NCBI GenBank assembly: GCA_043732185.1
Contig: JAYTHY010000067.1
Coordinates: 1-33,035 of the forward strand
DNA: 33,035 nucleotides
From: Fibrobacteria bacterium
Lineage (GTDB): Bacteria; Fibrobacterota; Fibrobacteria; UBA11236
Direction of reading: 5' to 3'
Made by a program: the position numbers and the translations under genes. This document shows, one piece after another, positions 18,501 to 29,106 of this stretch. The first letter of the stretch is position 1; every line of letters starts with the position of its first letter. A model generated the notes under the pieces. That model worked only from the letters and a program-made list of their open reading frames with translations. It had not been told where the DNA came from and did no database searches.

Positions 18501-20294
18501 ATGAAAAACCAATTTAAATCCATAGTTTTTTTATTCGCCTTGTCCAGCCTTGGAATTGGTTCCAGTTTTGGCGATGGTTTATCGGCCATCCATCCCGGTT
18601 ATGACCTCGCCGACATCCAGCCCACTGGCAATAAATTTCTGGTCGGAGGCATTGATGTTTTCTCCGACGGACGTCTCGCCGTTTGCCAATGGGGCAATCC
18701 CGGTGAAGTTTGGATAGTCAGCGGAGCCGAAACGGGTAGCTCATCTACCGTCAAGTCGACCAAGTATGCCTATGGCTTGCAACAAGTATTGGGCTGTAAA
18801 GTAGTACAGGATACCCTGTACGTGCTGCAAATTGGTGAGTTGACCCAATTGGTAGACGTAGATGGGGATGGCATAGCGGACCAGTACAACAAAATCAACG
18901 ATGCCTTTCCAACTTCAGAAAGCCTCCTGGGCCTGGCCTATGACGTCGTTTATTATGGCGGATCGTTTTACGTGGCACTCTCCGCTGATGTAGGTTTTGG
19001 AGGTATGGATGCACAGCCATCACAGCTTGGACGGTCCACGGCTTACCGATTGGGTAGGGACAACTCTTTGGAAGCCCTTGCAACCGGTTTCCGCAATCCC
19101 AATGGAATGGGCCTTGGCTTTGGAAACAAAATTTTCTCATCAGACAACCAAGGTTCCTGGTTGCCCTCCTCTAAACTTATAAATATTCAAAAGGGCAAGT
19201 TTTACGGACACCATTCCGTACCTCCCAATCTTTTCGAAAACCAGACGGAATCGCCTCCTATGTGTTGGTTACCGCATGGAGAAGTTTCCAGTTCCCCAGG
19301 ATCGCTCCTTTATTTATCAGAAGGTATTTTCAAGAACCAGCTCCTATTTGGGGAAGAACACAGGGGCGTTGGCGGGGGAAGAATCTACCGGGTTAGCGTG
19401 CAGGACGTTGGAGGAGTCCTGCAAGGTGCCGTTATTCCATTTTCGTCTGCCATTGGCACGGGTGTTAATCGCTTAACCATGGGCAAAGGCGGCATCATCT
19501 ATACCGGCCTGCTGGGGGCTGATGGCGGCTGGAGCTCACCGGCTTCCATGAATCCTGGATTGAAACGGCTTAAACCTAAAAACGTGAACAACTCCTATGC
19601 TTTTGAAATGTTGGCGGTTCGCTCGAGTGGAGCGTCCACCATCGAAATTGAATTCACCAGCGCACCCGCGGCCGATGCCACTAATCCGGCCCATTACACG
19701 GCGGAAACCTGGAACTTTGTACCGATAGTGGAATATGGCGGGGGAAACAAATTGAATTCGCACGCACTGACCGTGCAAAGCGCCACGCTTAAACCGGATG
19801 GCAAAACCGTTGTCCTCACAATCGGTGGTTTGCTTGAAAAATATCTGGTGCATATTAAATTGGCGGGTCTCCTGAGCGCGACGGGAACCGCACCCTGGGG
19901 CAGTGAAACTTGGCTTACCCTTAACAAATATGGGCCAGGTACAGATGTGGCTGTTTCGGGCTGCATGGACGTCAGTAATCCTGCTTACAATCCAAATGCC
20001 ACAGTCAATGATCCCGCTGGCTGCACAACAGTAGCCATTGGGGCAAAGCGCGCAACACAAGCTATGGGGCCGCTGCAAAAGCTTGGATCAAATCGGATTC
20101 GGTTGGCCCTTCCGGAAAATCAGGACTATGCCTTGGAAATGTTTGATTTGCGTGGCGTGCGTCAGGGCTCTTGGCTTGGAACAGGGCCGAAAGAAATTCA
20201 CTTGAAAGACAAACCCATGACGTCTGGAGTGTATGAATTGCGGCTTAAAGCTGGAAAAAGCAGCTGGACGCAGCTTTACTTAATTACACCGTGA
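18501..20294 (+). CDS. Secreted beta-propeller protein (sorbosone dehydrogenase-like fold) with Cys linker and T9SS-like CTD
   Basis: HPGYDL, DVDGDGIADQY, ATGFRNPNG, SDNQGSWLPSSKL, FYGH, FEMLAVRS. Tail FDLRG...SGVYELRL. GGAGG RBS 8 nt before ATG 18501. Confidence 0.8.
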   Translation: MKNQFKSIVFLFALSSLGIGSSFGDGLSAIHPGYDLADIQPTGNKFLVGGIDVFSDGRLAVCQWGNPGEVWIVSGAETGSSSTVKSTKYAYGLQQVLGCKVVQDTLYVLQIGELTQLVDVDGDGIADQYNKINDAFPTSESLLGLAYDVVYYGGSFYVALSADVGFGGMDAQPSQLGRSTAYRLGRDNSLEALATGFRNPNGMGLGFGNKIFSSDNQGSWLPSSKLINIQKGKFYGHHSVPPNLFENQTESPPMCWLPHGEVSSSPGSLLYLSEGIFKNQLLFGEEHRGVGGGRIYRVSVQDVGGVLQGAVIPFSSAIGTGVNRLTMGKGGIIYTGLLGADGGWSSPASMNPGLKRLKPKNVNNSYAFEMLAVRSSGASTIEIEFTSAPAADATNPAHYTAETWNFVPIVEYGGGNKLNSHALTVQSATLKPDGKTVVLTIGGLLEKYLVHIKLAGLLSATGTAPWGSETWLTLNKYGPGTDVAVSGCMDVSNPAYNPNATVNDPAGCTTVAIGAKRATQAMGPLQKLGSNRIRLALPENQDYALEMFDLRGVRQGSWLGTGPKEIHLKDKPMTSGVYELRLKAGKSSWTQLYLITP

Positions 20295-20333
20295 CAGTTG
20301 ATTCTAATTAGGTTCGAATGAACCATGCGAAAT

Positions 20334-20355
20334 CAGTTGGGGAAGGCCCCAACTG
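20334..20355. terminator. Hairpin between convergent genes, probable terminator
   Basis: CAGTTGGGG-AAGG-CCCCAACTG, perfect 9-bp stem. U-tracts are weak. Confidence 0.65.
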
Positions 20356-20387
20356 TAAATTTCAGCAACCGGAAGAATTTTTTAGTT

Positions 20388-21545
20388 TCAATCCCAGTTA
20401 AGCGCTCCACCGGTTTGATATTCCGTAACCCTAGTCTCAAAGAAATTCTTTTCTTTCTTAAGATCTAGGATTTCACTCATCCAGGGAAACGGATTGGTCG
20501 CGCCATAAATCTTATTGAGACCGATTTTCTCCAACCGTCGATCCGCAACATACTGGACATAATCCTCAAACATGCCTGCATTCAGACCTAAAATACCGCG
20601 TGGCATGGTGTCTTTGGCATAAATGATTTCCAGATTTACGGCTTGCCGAACGAGTTCGGTGGAACGCTCCTTAACGGCCGGAGTCCACAATTCCGGATTC
20701 TCGATTTTGATTTGATTGATGACATCAATGCCGAAATTCATGTGCATGGTTTCATCGCGCAGGATGTATTGAAATTGTTCCCCGCAGCCGGCTAAACGGT
20801 TTTGGCGCTGGAAAGACAGCATCATCACAAAACCACTGTAGAAGAAGATGCCTTCCATAATCACATAGTAGCCGATCAGGTTTTCCAGAAAAGTCTGGGC
20901 GCCTTTGAAGGACTCGGTTTCGAAATCCGGTCTGAGCATTTCCCGTGTCAGGGAAATTTCAAAGGCATCCTTGCCGTGGATGGAATTGACCTCATGGTAC
21001 ATATTGAAGATTTCTGCCTCATCCAGGCCCAAGGATTCGACGATGTACTGATAAGCATGGGTGTGCAAGGCTTCTTCGAACGATTGGCGCAGCATATACT
21101 GGCGGCATTCCGGATTGGTGATATGCTTGTAAGCGGCTAGCACGATATTGTTGGCGACCAAGGAATCGGCGGTTGAAAAGAAGCCCATGTTTCTTTTTAC
21201 GATACGGCGCTCGTCTTCGGAAAGCTCATTGCTTTTCCAAAGTTCGATATCGCGAGACATGTTGATTTCCTGCGGCATCCAATGGTTGGCGCAAGCATCC
21301 AAATATTTCTGCCAAGCCCATTGGTACTTGATGGGTACCAGCTGGTTCAAATCGGCGCGGCAATTGATGATACGTTTTTCATCCACGCGCACACGGGCCG
21401 TGGACTCCCCCATCAAGGTAGCGAGTTTGGCTGGCTCCTGCGCCGCAGCACCCGCTGCAACGCCATTCGCTCCCAAGATGACCGGGGCCACTAAGGTTGC
21501 CGATCCAGAATTCGTCTCTTTTTCATCATTCCAATTTATTGACAT
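20388..21545 (-). CDS. nrdB: Ribonucleoside-diphosphate reductase class Ia, beta (R2) subunit
   Basis: [44 protein letters not shown]. It keeps the Asp ligand and the radical Tyr. GAGGAG RBS gives ATG 21545, overlapping the nrdA end. Confidence 0.96.
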   Translation of the reverse strand: MSINWNDEKETNSGSATLVAPVILGANGVAAGAAAQEPAKLATLMGESTARVRVDEKRIINCRADLNQLVPIKYQWAWQKYLDACANHWMPQEINMSRDIELWKSNELSEDERRIVKRNMGFFSTADSLVANNIVLAAYKHITNPECRQYMLRQSFEEALHTHAYQYIVESLGLDEAEIFNMYHEVNSIHGKDAFEISLTREMLRPDFETESFKGAQTFLENLIGYYVIMEGIFFYSGFVMMLSFQRQNRLAGCGEQFQYILRDETMHMNFGIDVINQIKIENPELWTPAVKERSTELVRQAVNLEIIYAKDTMPRGILGLNAGMFEDYVQYVADRRLEKIGLNKIYGATNPFPWMSEILDLKKEKNFFETRVTEYQTGGALNWD

Positions 21546-24532
21546 GCTTCGCACTCCTCACCATTTAATATTGAACAGGCCATTTTGGAAGCTTCCAGTT
21601 CCAGACCGGCATCCACTGCTACTGCAGATGGAATCACATCCATCGGTTCCTTGACGATGCTGGGCTTAAAAGCCTTTTCCGCCAAACGATCTTCCGCCGA
21701 CTTCCCGCCTGCCCCGGGCGTGCCGTTGCTGCCACCGGCCATATCTCCGGGGGAAACGGAATTGACGCCCCTGGTCTTGTCCAGCGTGGATTTTTCGGCA
21801 TTGGTCGCGCCCAAGGACCGCAGATAATACGTGGTTTTAAGACCCGACTGCCAGGCCAGCTTGTACATGGTGTCGAGTTTTTTACCGCTGGGCTGGGCCA
21901 TGTAAAGGTTCAGGGACTGGCCCATGTCGATCCATTTTTGGCGCTTCATGGCGCAGGCGATCAGCCATTTGGGCTCGATGTCAAAGGCCGTGAGGAAAAT
22001 CTTCTTGACCTCTTCCGGTATGCGTTTGATCTCCGCCAACTCGCCGTCAAAGTACTTTATATCGTCGGTCATGCTTTGATCCCATAGGCCCAGCTTCTTC
22101 AGCTTTTCCACCAGGTAAGTATTGATGATCGTGAACTCACCGGACAGATTGCTCTTGACGTATAAGTTTTTATAGGTCGGCTCGATGGACTGGGATACGC
22201 CGATGATATTGGAAATAGTGGCCGTGGGCGCGATGGCCATGCAATTGGAATTGCGCATTCCATAAGCTTTGATATGCGCCCGAATCGGTGCCCAGTCTTT
22301 ATGGGACATGCTGTCCATCAAAATGGGTTCGCCTCGTTCCGCAGCCATCACGGCCACGGTGTCGATGGGCAAGAGGCCCTTGGACCAGGCTGAGCCCTGA
22401 TACGAAGGATACGTTCCTCGTTCCTTGGCCAATTTGGAGGACGCAAGTATTGAATAGTAGGAGATGATTTCCATGGACTTGTCGGCAAAATCCACGGCGG
22501 CATCGGAGGAATAAGCAATGCCGAGTTCATATAAAGCGTCCTGGAAGCCCATGATACCTAGGCCTACGGGCCGATGCCGCATATTGGCATTACGGGCTTG
22601 TACCACTGGGTAGTAGTTCAAGTCGATGACATTGTCCAGCATGCGCATGGCGATGGTGATGGTTTCGTCCAGCATGGCTTCGTCCAACTTGCCGTCGCGG
22701 ATATGGTTCAGCAGGTTGATGGAACCCAAGTTGCACACAGCGATTTCCGCCTCGCTGGTGTTGAGCAGGATTTCCGTGCAGAGATTTGAGCTATGCACCA
22801 CTCCAGCATGCCGCTGCGGCGAACGGATATTGGACGGATCTTTAAAGGTCATCCAAGGATGTCCGGTTTCAAATACCATGGTCAGCATCTTGCGCCACAG
22901 GGCCACGGCACTCATTTTTTTGAAGGTTTTGATGCGGCCGTTGCGAGCTTCATCTTCATAGAACATGTACTTCTTGTCAAAGGCCTGACCATAGAGGTCG
23001 TGCAAATCCGACACTTCATTGGGGCTGAACAGCGTCCACTCGGTATCGGCATTCACGCGCTTCATGAACAAATCCGGAATCCAATTGGCCGAATTCATAT
23101 CATGGGTCCGCCGGCGATCGTCACCGGTATTTTTACGAAGTTCCAGGAATTCTTCGATGTCTAGATGCCAAGTTTCCAAGTACGCGCACATGGCCCCTTT
23201 GCGCCTACCGCCTTGGTTTACGGCTACGGCCGTGTCATTGGCCACCTTTAAGAAGGGAATCACACCTTGGCTTTTGCCATTGGTGCCTTTGATATGAGAG
23301 CCCAAAGCCCGCACATTGGACCAATCATTGCCAAGTCCGCCGGCGAATTTGGAAAGCAGCGCATCATCCTTGATGGCATTGAAAATGCCGCCCAAGTCAT
23401 CCTGTACCGTGGTCAAATAACATGAGGACATCTGGGAATGCATGGTGCCGGAATTGAACAAGGTGGGTGTGGAACTGGTGAAGCGATAGGAGGACAACAT
23501 TTCGTAGAACTCAATGGCGCGCGTTTCCCGGTCCACTTCATTCAGCGCCAATCCCATGGCCACGCGCATCCAGAACGCTTGGAACAATTCAATGGTGCGC
23601 CCGGCTTCTAGATGCACGAAATAGCGATCCAGCAACGTGCGCAGGCCGAGATACGTGATGCCGAGATCCCGCTCCGGCTTCAAAGCCTTGCCCATGCGAT
23701 CCAAATCATACTCGAGCATGCGCTTATCGAGCAGCTCTTCGCTCACGGCCAGATTCACGTATTCGACAAAGGCGGAAGGATAGCGTTTGACCATCTGGGC
23801 CTGAGTGAGCCTCTCCCCCAGCACCTCATCGCGAATATCATCCATAAGAATACGGGCAGTGACAAAACTCCAAGCCGGATCTTCTTCGATATGCGAGCAG
23901 GCGACCATCACCATGGCTTTGCTCACATCTTTTTCCGGAATACCCGGATACAGATTGGACAACGCTTCCTTGAGGATGCGTTCTTCTGGAACAACACCGG
24001 TATAACCCTGGCAGGCTTCTTTGATAACCGTGTTGAGGCGATCTTTATTGAGCGGCACCACTTTGCCTTGGGCATTGGTCACAGTATATTCAACGGCTGG
24101 GGCAGGAACAGGGGCAGCGACAACTCCGCTTTGTTTCCCTTCTCGGAGGCGCGCGCGCTCTTCCCGGTACAAGACATAACGCTTGGCAACTTCCGGACGG
24201 CCAACGCGCATTAAGGCGAGCTCAACCTGATCCTGGATATCTTCTATATGCCAAGTGCCACCATTGGGACGACGTTTGACCAGCGACGAAAAAACCAGAT
24301 CCGCAATATGCTGAATCTCTTCTTTGATGCGGGCTGTGGGCGCTTCCAACCCTTCTTGAGCAAGAAAGGCCTTGCTGATGGCGATGATAATCTTATCCGC
24401 CTTGAAGTTGACTACCGAGCCGTTGCGGCGCTCCACCATATATTTCGTTGTCTCGACACCCGCTAAAGGTGCCTGACCGCCATTTTTTCCATTCACTGCA
24501 TTTTTCTCTACCGTTGCTGTGCTCATGCTCAT
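21536..24532 (-). CDS. nrdA: Ribonucleoside-diphosphate reductase class Ia, alpha (R1) subunit with two N-terminal ATP-cone-like domains
   Basis: [43 protein letters not shown] and C-terminal CEACQ. Cone starts at VERRNG and VTNAQG. Confidence 0.97.
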   Translation of the reverse strand: MSMSTATVEKNAVNGKNGGQAPLAGVETTKYMVERRNGSVVNFKADKIIIAISKAFLAQEGLEAPTARIKEEIQHIADLVFSSLVKRRPNGGTWHIEDIQDQVELALMRVGRPEVAKRYVLYREERARLREGKQSGVVAAPVPAPAVEYTVTNAQGKVVPLNKDRLNTVIKEACQGYTGVVPEERILKEALSNLYPGIPEKDVSKAMVMVACSHIEEDPAWSFVTARILMDDIRDEVLGERLTQAQMVKRYPSAFVEYVNLAVSEELLDKRMLEYDLDRMGKALKPERDLGITYLGLRTLLDRYFVHLEAGRTIELFQAFWMRVAMGLALNEVDRETRAIEFYEMLSSYRFTSSTPTLFNSGTMHSQMSSCYLTTVQDDLGGIFNAIKDDALLSKFAGGLGNDWSNVRALGSHIKGTNGKSQGVIPFLKVANDTAVAVNQGGRRKGAMCAYLETWHLDIEEFLELRKNTGDDRRRTHDMNSANWIPDLFMKRVNADTEWTLFSPNEVSDLHDLYGQAFDKKYMFYEDEARNGRIKTFKKMSAVALWRKMLTMVFETGHPWMTFKDPSNIRSPQRHAGVVHSSNLCTEILLNTSEAEIAVCNLGSINLLNHIRDGKLDEAMLDETITIAMRMLDNVIDLNYYPVVQARNANMRHRPVGLGIMGFQDALYELGIAYSSDAAVDFADKSMEIISYYSILASSKLAKERGTYPSYQGSAWSKGLLPIDTVAVMAAERGEPILMDSMSHKDWAPIRAHIKAYGMRNSNCMAIAPTATISNIIGVSQSIEPTYKNLYVKSNLSGEFTIINTYLVEKLKKLGLWDQSMTDDIKYFDGELAEIKRIPEEVKKIFLTAFDIEPKWLIACAMKRQKWIDMGQSLNLYMAQPSGKKLDTMYKLAWQSGLKTTYYLRSLGATNAEKSTLDKTRGVNSVSPGDMAGGSNGTPGAGGKSAEDRLAEKAFKPSIVKEPMDVIPSAVAVDAGLELEASKMACSILNGEECEACQ

Positions 24533-24720
24533 CTACCTATTCTCCTTGCTGCCTGATTTCCCCGAGCGTCCCTGACCATAAACTCAATTACCAACTATGC
24601 TTTGTCGATGGTATTCGGTCCCCGGCGCAGCCAAAATGGACTGCAGGGAAAACCTCACGCACCGCCGACATGTCATGAAAAGTCGATGAAGCAAAGAATA
24701 GTGTAATTAAATGGCCCTAG

Positions 24721-24767
24721 CAACAAAATATTGATTAATTTTCAGGCCCAACCACAATATATTGTAT
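24721..24767. promoter_or_regulatory. Tandem NrdR boxes upstream of nrdA
   Basis: CAACAAAATATTGATT (24721-24736) and CCACAATATATTGTAT (24752-24767) fit acaCwAtATaTwGtgt and start 31 bp apart, the usual tandem spacing. Confidence 0.85.
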
Positions 24768-25042
24768 GTAAGGGCAAAACAAGGACTTAGCCCAGGACCG
24801 GGTCCCACCCCTGTTTTGGAGGTTTGCGAAGTTCCCTATTCTAATTAAAAAAAGTGGGGTTTGAAGCCGATTTCTTTTCAACAGTATGCACATACAAAGA
24901 ATGCAGCTTAATTCGCAAGGACGCGTCCTTTTAAGGCCCGAAAAGGCTCTAAAAGACCCTAAAAAAGATTTTTTCCCTATTTTATCCACACGGGCTGGGT
25001 TCCCATGGAAAACTCTCAGTTCGATTTTCTACTTTAGCCGCG

Positions 25043-25780
25043 ATGTTAAAAGTGGGCAGTTTTACTCCGTTCAAGAAAAGGGCTTTATTTTCCCCGGTCC
25101 GGGGCGCAAGCCTGGCATTTCTGATCCTTACCTTCGCAACGGGTCTACTTGCGGTATCGGCTGGTTTCATGGGATGCCGAGAAGCCCAGGTGCGCAGCTA
25201 TTCTGAGGTGGCCTTTAAACCCAACCCGGCTCCCATGGGAATGCCGGGTGCAGGTGGAATGGGGGCGGGCGGTATGCCCCCTATGAATATGCAGCCTGTA
25301 GACATTAAAGTAACATGGAAGTTACCGGAGACATGGCAGGTAAAGGATTCGGCCAATGCCATGCGCATCGGCAGCTTTGCAGCCCCGGATCCGGCCCTGG
25401 CCAACACCGGGGACCGGGATCCCCAGGCAGTGGATATTTCCGTTGTCCAATTGGCAGGGGATGCCGGTGGACTTAAAGCCAATATTCTGCGCTGGATGGG
25501 ACAAGTCGGCATCAAAGCAACCCCGGATGAAATGGATGAGATGATCCGAACGGCTCCACACTTAAAGACCTCCAGCGGACAAGACGGCTTGGTTGTGGAC
25601 CTGACCGATAAACTCTCCGGCGACATGACGCAAAGCAAATCCATCTATGGCGCCGTCATCCAAACTGCCAACTACACGGTATTCGTAAAGGCTATGGGAG
25701 AACGGGATAGGGTAGTCAAACTCAAGAACGAGATAAAAACCTTTTGCAAATCCCTAGCCATCACCGGACCCAAGGCTTAA
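25043..25780 (+). CDS. Predicted lipoprotein associated with cytochrome c biogenesis genes
   Basis: Hydrophobic leader ending FMG-C. WKLPETW, MRIGSF, GGLKANILRWMGQVG and FVKAMG motifs. First gene of the resB-ccsA unit. Confidence 0.65.
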   Translation: MLKVGSFTPFKKRALFSPVRGASLAFLILTFATGLLAVSAGFMGCREAQVRSYSEVAFKPNPAPMGMPGAGGMGAGGMPPMNMQPVDIKVTWKLPETWQVKDSANAMRIGSFAAPDPALANTGDRDPQAVDISVVQLAGDAGGLKANILRWMGQVGIKATPDEMDEMIRTAPHLKTSSGQDGLVVDLTDKLSGDMTQSKSIYGAVIQTANYTVFVKAMGERDRVVKLKNEIKTFCKSLAITGPKA

Positions 25781-25786
25781 AGCAAC

Positions 25787-26953
25787 ATGAGTGACCGTCC
25801 CAAATCCTTGCGCAACCGGATCCGCTTTCACCCTATCACCAAGGCTATACTGCATCCGTCGATTACGTTGGTGGCCCTACTCATTCTTTTCGCTCTGATT
25901 TTTTTTGGAACTTTGTACCAGGCGGAACATGGGCTGTATGAAGCCCAGCTGAAATTTTTTGGCTATGGTGGCGTGCTCGTCGGTGGTTATTTCCCGCTTC
26001 CTGCCGCGAGCCTGGTCCTATGGGTTCTGTCGATACAGTTGATCGTGACAATGGGTTTTGTGCTTCCTTTGAAATGGTCCAAGTTTGGCCTTTGGATTTC
26101 CCATATCGGCATTTTGACATTGCTGATTGGCGGATTTATCACCCAAATCATGGCAGTGGAATCACAGTTAACCTTGGCAGAAGGCGAAACCGGGAATTTT
26201 ACCACCGCCTATCATGAATATGAACTTGCATTTTGGGAAGAGCACGGCGACACCAATGTGGTGCTGGCGTATGAGGACACTTTTCTGCGCCAAGGTGCCA
26301 CCTTGGATATTCTCCCCTACCATTCGCGTATGCATATAACGGCCTACTACCAGAATTGCGACGCCTTTACCACCAAGGCTACTGGTGGTCCTAAATTTAT
26401 CAATCCCTCCGCTATCGGAATGCTGCAGTCCCGGAAGCCGGAAAAAGAAGTCACGCAGAATGCACCCGGTATTACTCTGGTGTTGACTGAAAAGGACAAC
26501 CCGCCCCTCGACATTCTGTTATATGGTCAGGAACAACAGCCCTTACAATTGACGTTGGACGGAAAAAGAGTTTCCATGATGCTCCGCCTGCGGCACTATC
26601 CCCTACCCTTTTCCCTCAAGCTTACGGACTTTGTAAAAAACGTTCATCCAGGCACGGACATAGCCAGCAGTTTCGAAAGTTATGCGGATCTCAATGAAGG
26701 TGGCGGCCATTCGGGTACAGCCTCGCGACCTGTAAAAATCTGGATGAACAATCCCTTGCGGTATGCAGGGTATACTTTTTTCCAAGCCTCCTATGCGCAG
26801 GCCCCGGGCATGATTGAAAAATCAACATTCGCCGTGGTGACCAATCCCGGACGTGTCCTTCCCTACGTTTCCAGCCTCATTGTTTTCGGCGGACTTTTGC
26901 TGCATTTTCTTATCAAGCTTGTGCCCTTTATCCGTAAGGAGGCAACCCGCTAA
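25787..26953 (+). CDS. resB: Cytochrome c biogenesis protein ResB/CcsB (system II)
   Basis: N-terminal TM helices, SHIGILTLLIGG His motif, LPFSLKLTDF, IWMNNPLRYAGYTFFQASY, NPGRVLPY. Confidence 0.85.
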   Translation: MSDRPKSLRNRIRFHPITKAILHPSITLVALLILFALIFFGTLYQAEHGLYEAQLKFFGYGGVLVGGYFPLPAASLVLWVLSIQLIVTMGFVLPLKWSKFGLWISHIGILTLLIGGFITQIMAVESQLTLAEGETGNFTTAYHEYELAFWEEHGDTNVVLAYEDTFLRQGATLDILPYHSRMHITAYYQNCDAFTTKATGGPKFINPSAIGMLQSRKPEKEVTQNAPGITLVLTEKDNPPLDILLYGQEQQPLQLTLDGKRVSMMLRLRHYPLPFSLKLTDFVKNVHPGTDIASSFESYADLNEGGGHSGTASRPVKIWMNNPLRYAGYTFFQASYAQAPGMIEKSTFAVVTNPGRVLPYVSSLIVFGGLLLHFLIKLVPFIRKEATR

Positions 26954-29106
26954 TGCGCTTACGAAATTCCTTACGCCTCTTCCCGACTTCAAGAATGCCC
27001 TTGGCTTTAACCCTGGTTGTGGTGATGGCGCTGATTGGCGCGCTCCAAAATGTCCAGGGAGAGGACACAAAATCGAGTTCAGAAGCCGCAAAGGCCCATG
27101 CGGCAGCGAAAGCACTTTTAGACAGCAAACGCATTGATTCCCTTTTTGCGGCAAATGAAGCCGCCCGTGCGGATCATCAGATGGCAAGTCGTGCACCCGA
27201 TTCAACCCCCGAACAACCCGTCACTGCCGGGTCTCTACTGCCATTACCCGGCTCGCATCCTCCGCAAACTTTGCCCAAAGTCAAGCTTCTGGAATCGGTA
27301 CCCGTGCTCCATGAAGGCCGACTCAAACCGATGATCACGTTTGCCGGACATCTCCTACTGCAGTTCTCCGGCCGGACCCAGTACGAACATTTTTCTGCCA
27401 TGCAAATCATTGCCCAAATTCTTTTTGCTCCGGAAACCAGTGGTGACTTTCGCATCTTTCTCATTAATAATCCCGAAGTGGTGCAAGCCATGGGCATCGC
27501 ACCGGAACAACATCGCCGCTACTCCTTTCGACAGCTCGAAAAGTCCCTGCCCAAACTGGAGAAGCTCGCTGAAAAGGCCAATGCCACCGCTGACGACAAG
27601 CGCGACCTCATACAAAAAGAAGAACTGCGCATATTCGGCAATATGCTCGAGTTCATCAATTTGTCCAGAACATTTTCCTTTGCCCTGCCCAGCGCCGTGT
27701 ATACCGTGCACCTTCCCGAAACCAAAGCCAAGCTTGGCCTAAACTCGGATCAAACCGAGTTCAGCTTCTGGGATTTGATGTCGAGCGCGCAGATCATCGC
27801 CCAAGTGCTGGAAGGCATTGGCAACCGCAGTCCAGAAGACCGTACAAAAATGGAAATGGAAATCATCGGTCTCTCCCAATCCATGTACTACAGTTCCCAA
27901 GATTTACGCGCCTCACCCTTTTGCATTTTGCCCGCTCCAGCCGCAGGCCCGGAGGGTGGCGTCACTTGGCAAAGCCCTTCCGAACTCCTCGGCAAACCGG
28001 ATCAGCTCCAAAGCTTTCACCGTGAATTTACCGACTGGTCTCGAGTCGTTTCTGGCTATCGAAGCGGCAACCAAACGGAATTTGAGACAGGGATTACGGA
28101 CTATTTGGCATCCATGGAAAACCGAGCCTATGAGCCGCTTTCTCGTACTCGCTTTCCCCTGGAAATACTCTATCAGAAAGGGGAACCCTTTTTCTGGTCG
28201 TTGGTCGCCTACTGGCTAGCTCTGCTCGGAATTTTTGGATTCTTCCTGGTTAGAAAACGCTGGCTGTATCTCGCTTCCGTCTACATCTTTCTAGCTGGGT
28301 ATGCCGTGCACGTGGCTGGCATTGTCAGTCGCATTTTAATCATGCATCGCCCACCAGTGACCTCGCTATATGAAACGTTTCCCTTTGTAGCCGCCGTTTC
28401 CATTTTGGCGGCCCTTTTCATTGAGCGCATAAATACCAAACGCGCCAGTATTGGCATTGGCCTTTTATGCGCCGCCTTATTAGGAACCATTTTACTTTCC
28501 ATCGCAAACCGCTACGCTGCCGATGGCGATACCATGCACATGTTGGTGGCGGTTTTAAACAGCAACTTCTGGCTGTCCACGCATGTCGTCTGCGTGACGA
28601 TTGGCTATTCCGCTTGCCTGCTAGCCGGTGCCATTGGGCATATCTGGCTGATACGTGCGCTCCTGCCCGGAGGTTCAGCCAAGCCGGAACGATTGAAGGA
28701 AATCGCCAAAATGGTGTACGGCACCCTCTGCTTTGGCCTCCTCTTCTCCTTTATCGGCACGGTTCTAGGCGGCATTTGGGCCGATCAAAGTTGGGGACGC
28801 TTTTGGGGTTGGGACCCGAAAGAAAACGGCGCATTGCTCATCGTAGTCTGGTGCATCATCCTATTGCACGCCAAGCAATGGGGCAAAATCGGGAATGCAG
28901 GTATGGCGATGGGTTCCGTCTTTGGGGCCATAGTCGTCAGCTTGGCCTGGTTTGGCGTAAACCTCTTAAATGTAGGACTCCATTCCTACGGTTTTACCAA
29001 CGGCGCTGCCACCAAATTGTTTGTATTTGTCGGCGGTGAAATGCTATTCATCCTGCTGACAGCCATTGGTCTAGCCTGGGAAAACTCTACCAAAGCGCGG
29101 CGATAA
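26953..29106 (+). CDS. ccsA: Cytochrome c biogenesis protein CcsA with large periplasmic N-terminal region
   Basis: WWD motif GGIWADQSWGRFWGWDPKEN, RPPVTSLYE, FWLSTHV and GLHSYG. Confidence 0.93.
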   Translation: MRLRNSLRLFPTSRMPLALTLVVVMALIGALQNVQGEDTKSSSEAAKAHAAAKALLDSKRIDSLFAANEAARADHQMASRAPDSTPEQPVTAGSLLPLPGSHPPQTLPKVKLLESVPVLHEGRLKPMITFAGHLLLQFSGRTQYEHFSAMQIIAQILFAPETSGDFRIFLINNPEVVQAMGIAPEQHRRYSFRQLEKSLPKLEKLAEKANATADDKRDLIQKEELRIFGNMLEFINLSRTFSFALPSAVYTVHLPETKAKLGLNSDQTEFSFWDLMSSAQIIAQVLEGIGNRSPEDRTKMEMEIIGLSQSMYYSSQDLRASPFCILPAPAAGPEGGVTWQSPSELLGKPDQLQSFHREFTDWSRVVSGYRSGNQTEFETGITDYLASMENRAYEPLSRTRFPLEILYQKGEPFFWSLVAYWLALLGIFGFFLVRKRWLYLASVYIFLAGYAVHVAGIVSRILIMHRPPVTSLYETFPFVAAVSILAALFIERINTKRASIGIGLLCAALLGTILLSIANRYAADGDTMHMLVAVLNSNFWLSTHVVCVTIGYSACLLAGAIGHIWLIRALLPGGSAKPERLKEIAKMVYGTLCFGLLFSFIGTVLGGIWADQSWGRFWGWDPKENGALLIVVWCIILLHAKQWGKIGNAGMAMGSVFGAIVVSLAWFGVNLLNVGLHSYGFTNGAATKLFVFVGGEMLFILLTAIGLAWENSTKARR

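Noticed and set aside
20388..21545. Class Ic (Mn/Fe, Chlamydia-type) R2
   Set aside because: It has STAD (Asp) and HTHAY (Tyr), whereas class Ic has Glu and Phe at these sites.
24540..24720. Cobalamin riboswitch upstream of nrdA
   Set aside because: Conserved B12-box and GCCACUG-type elements were not found in the right order; only a generic hairpin is supported.
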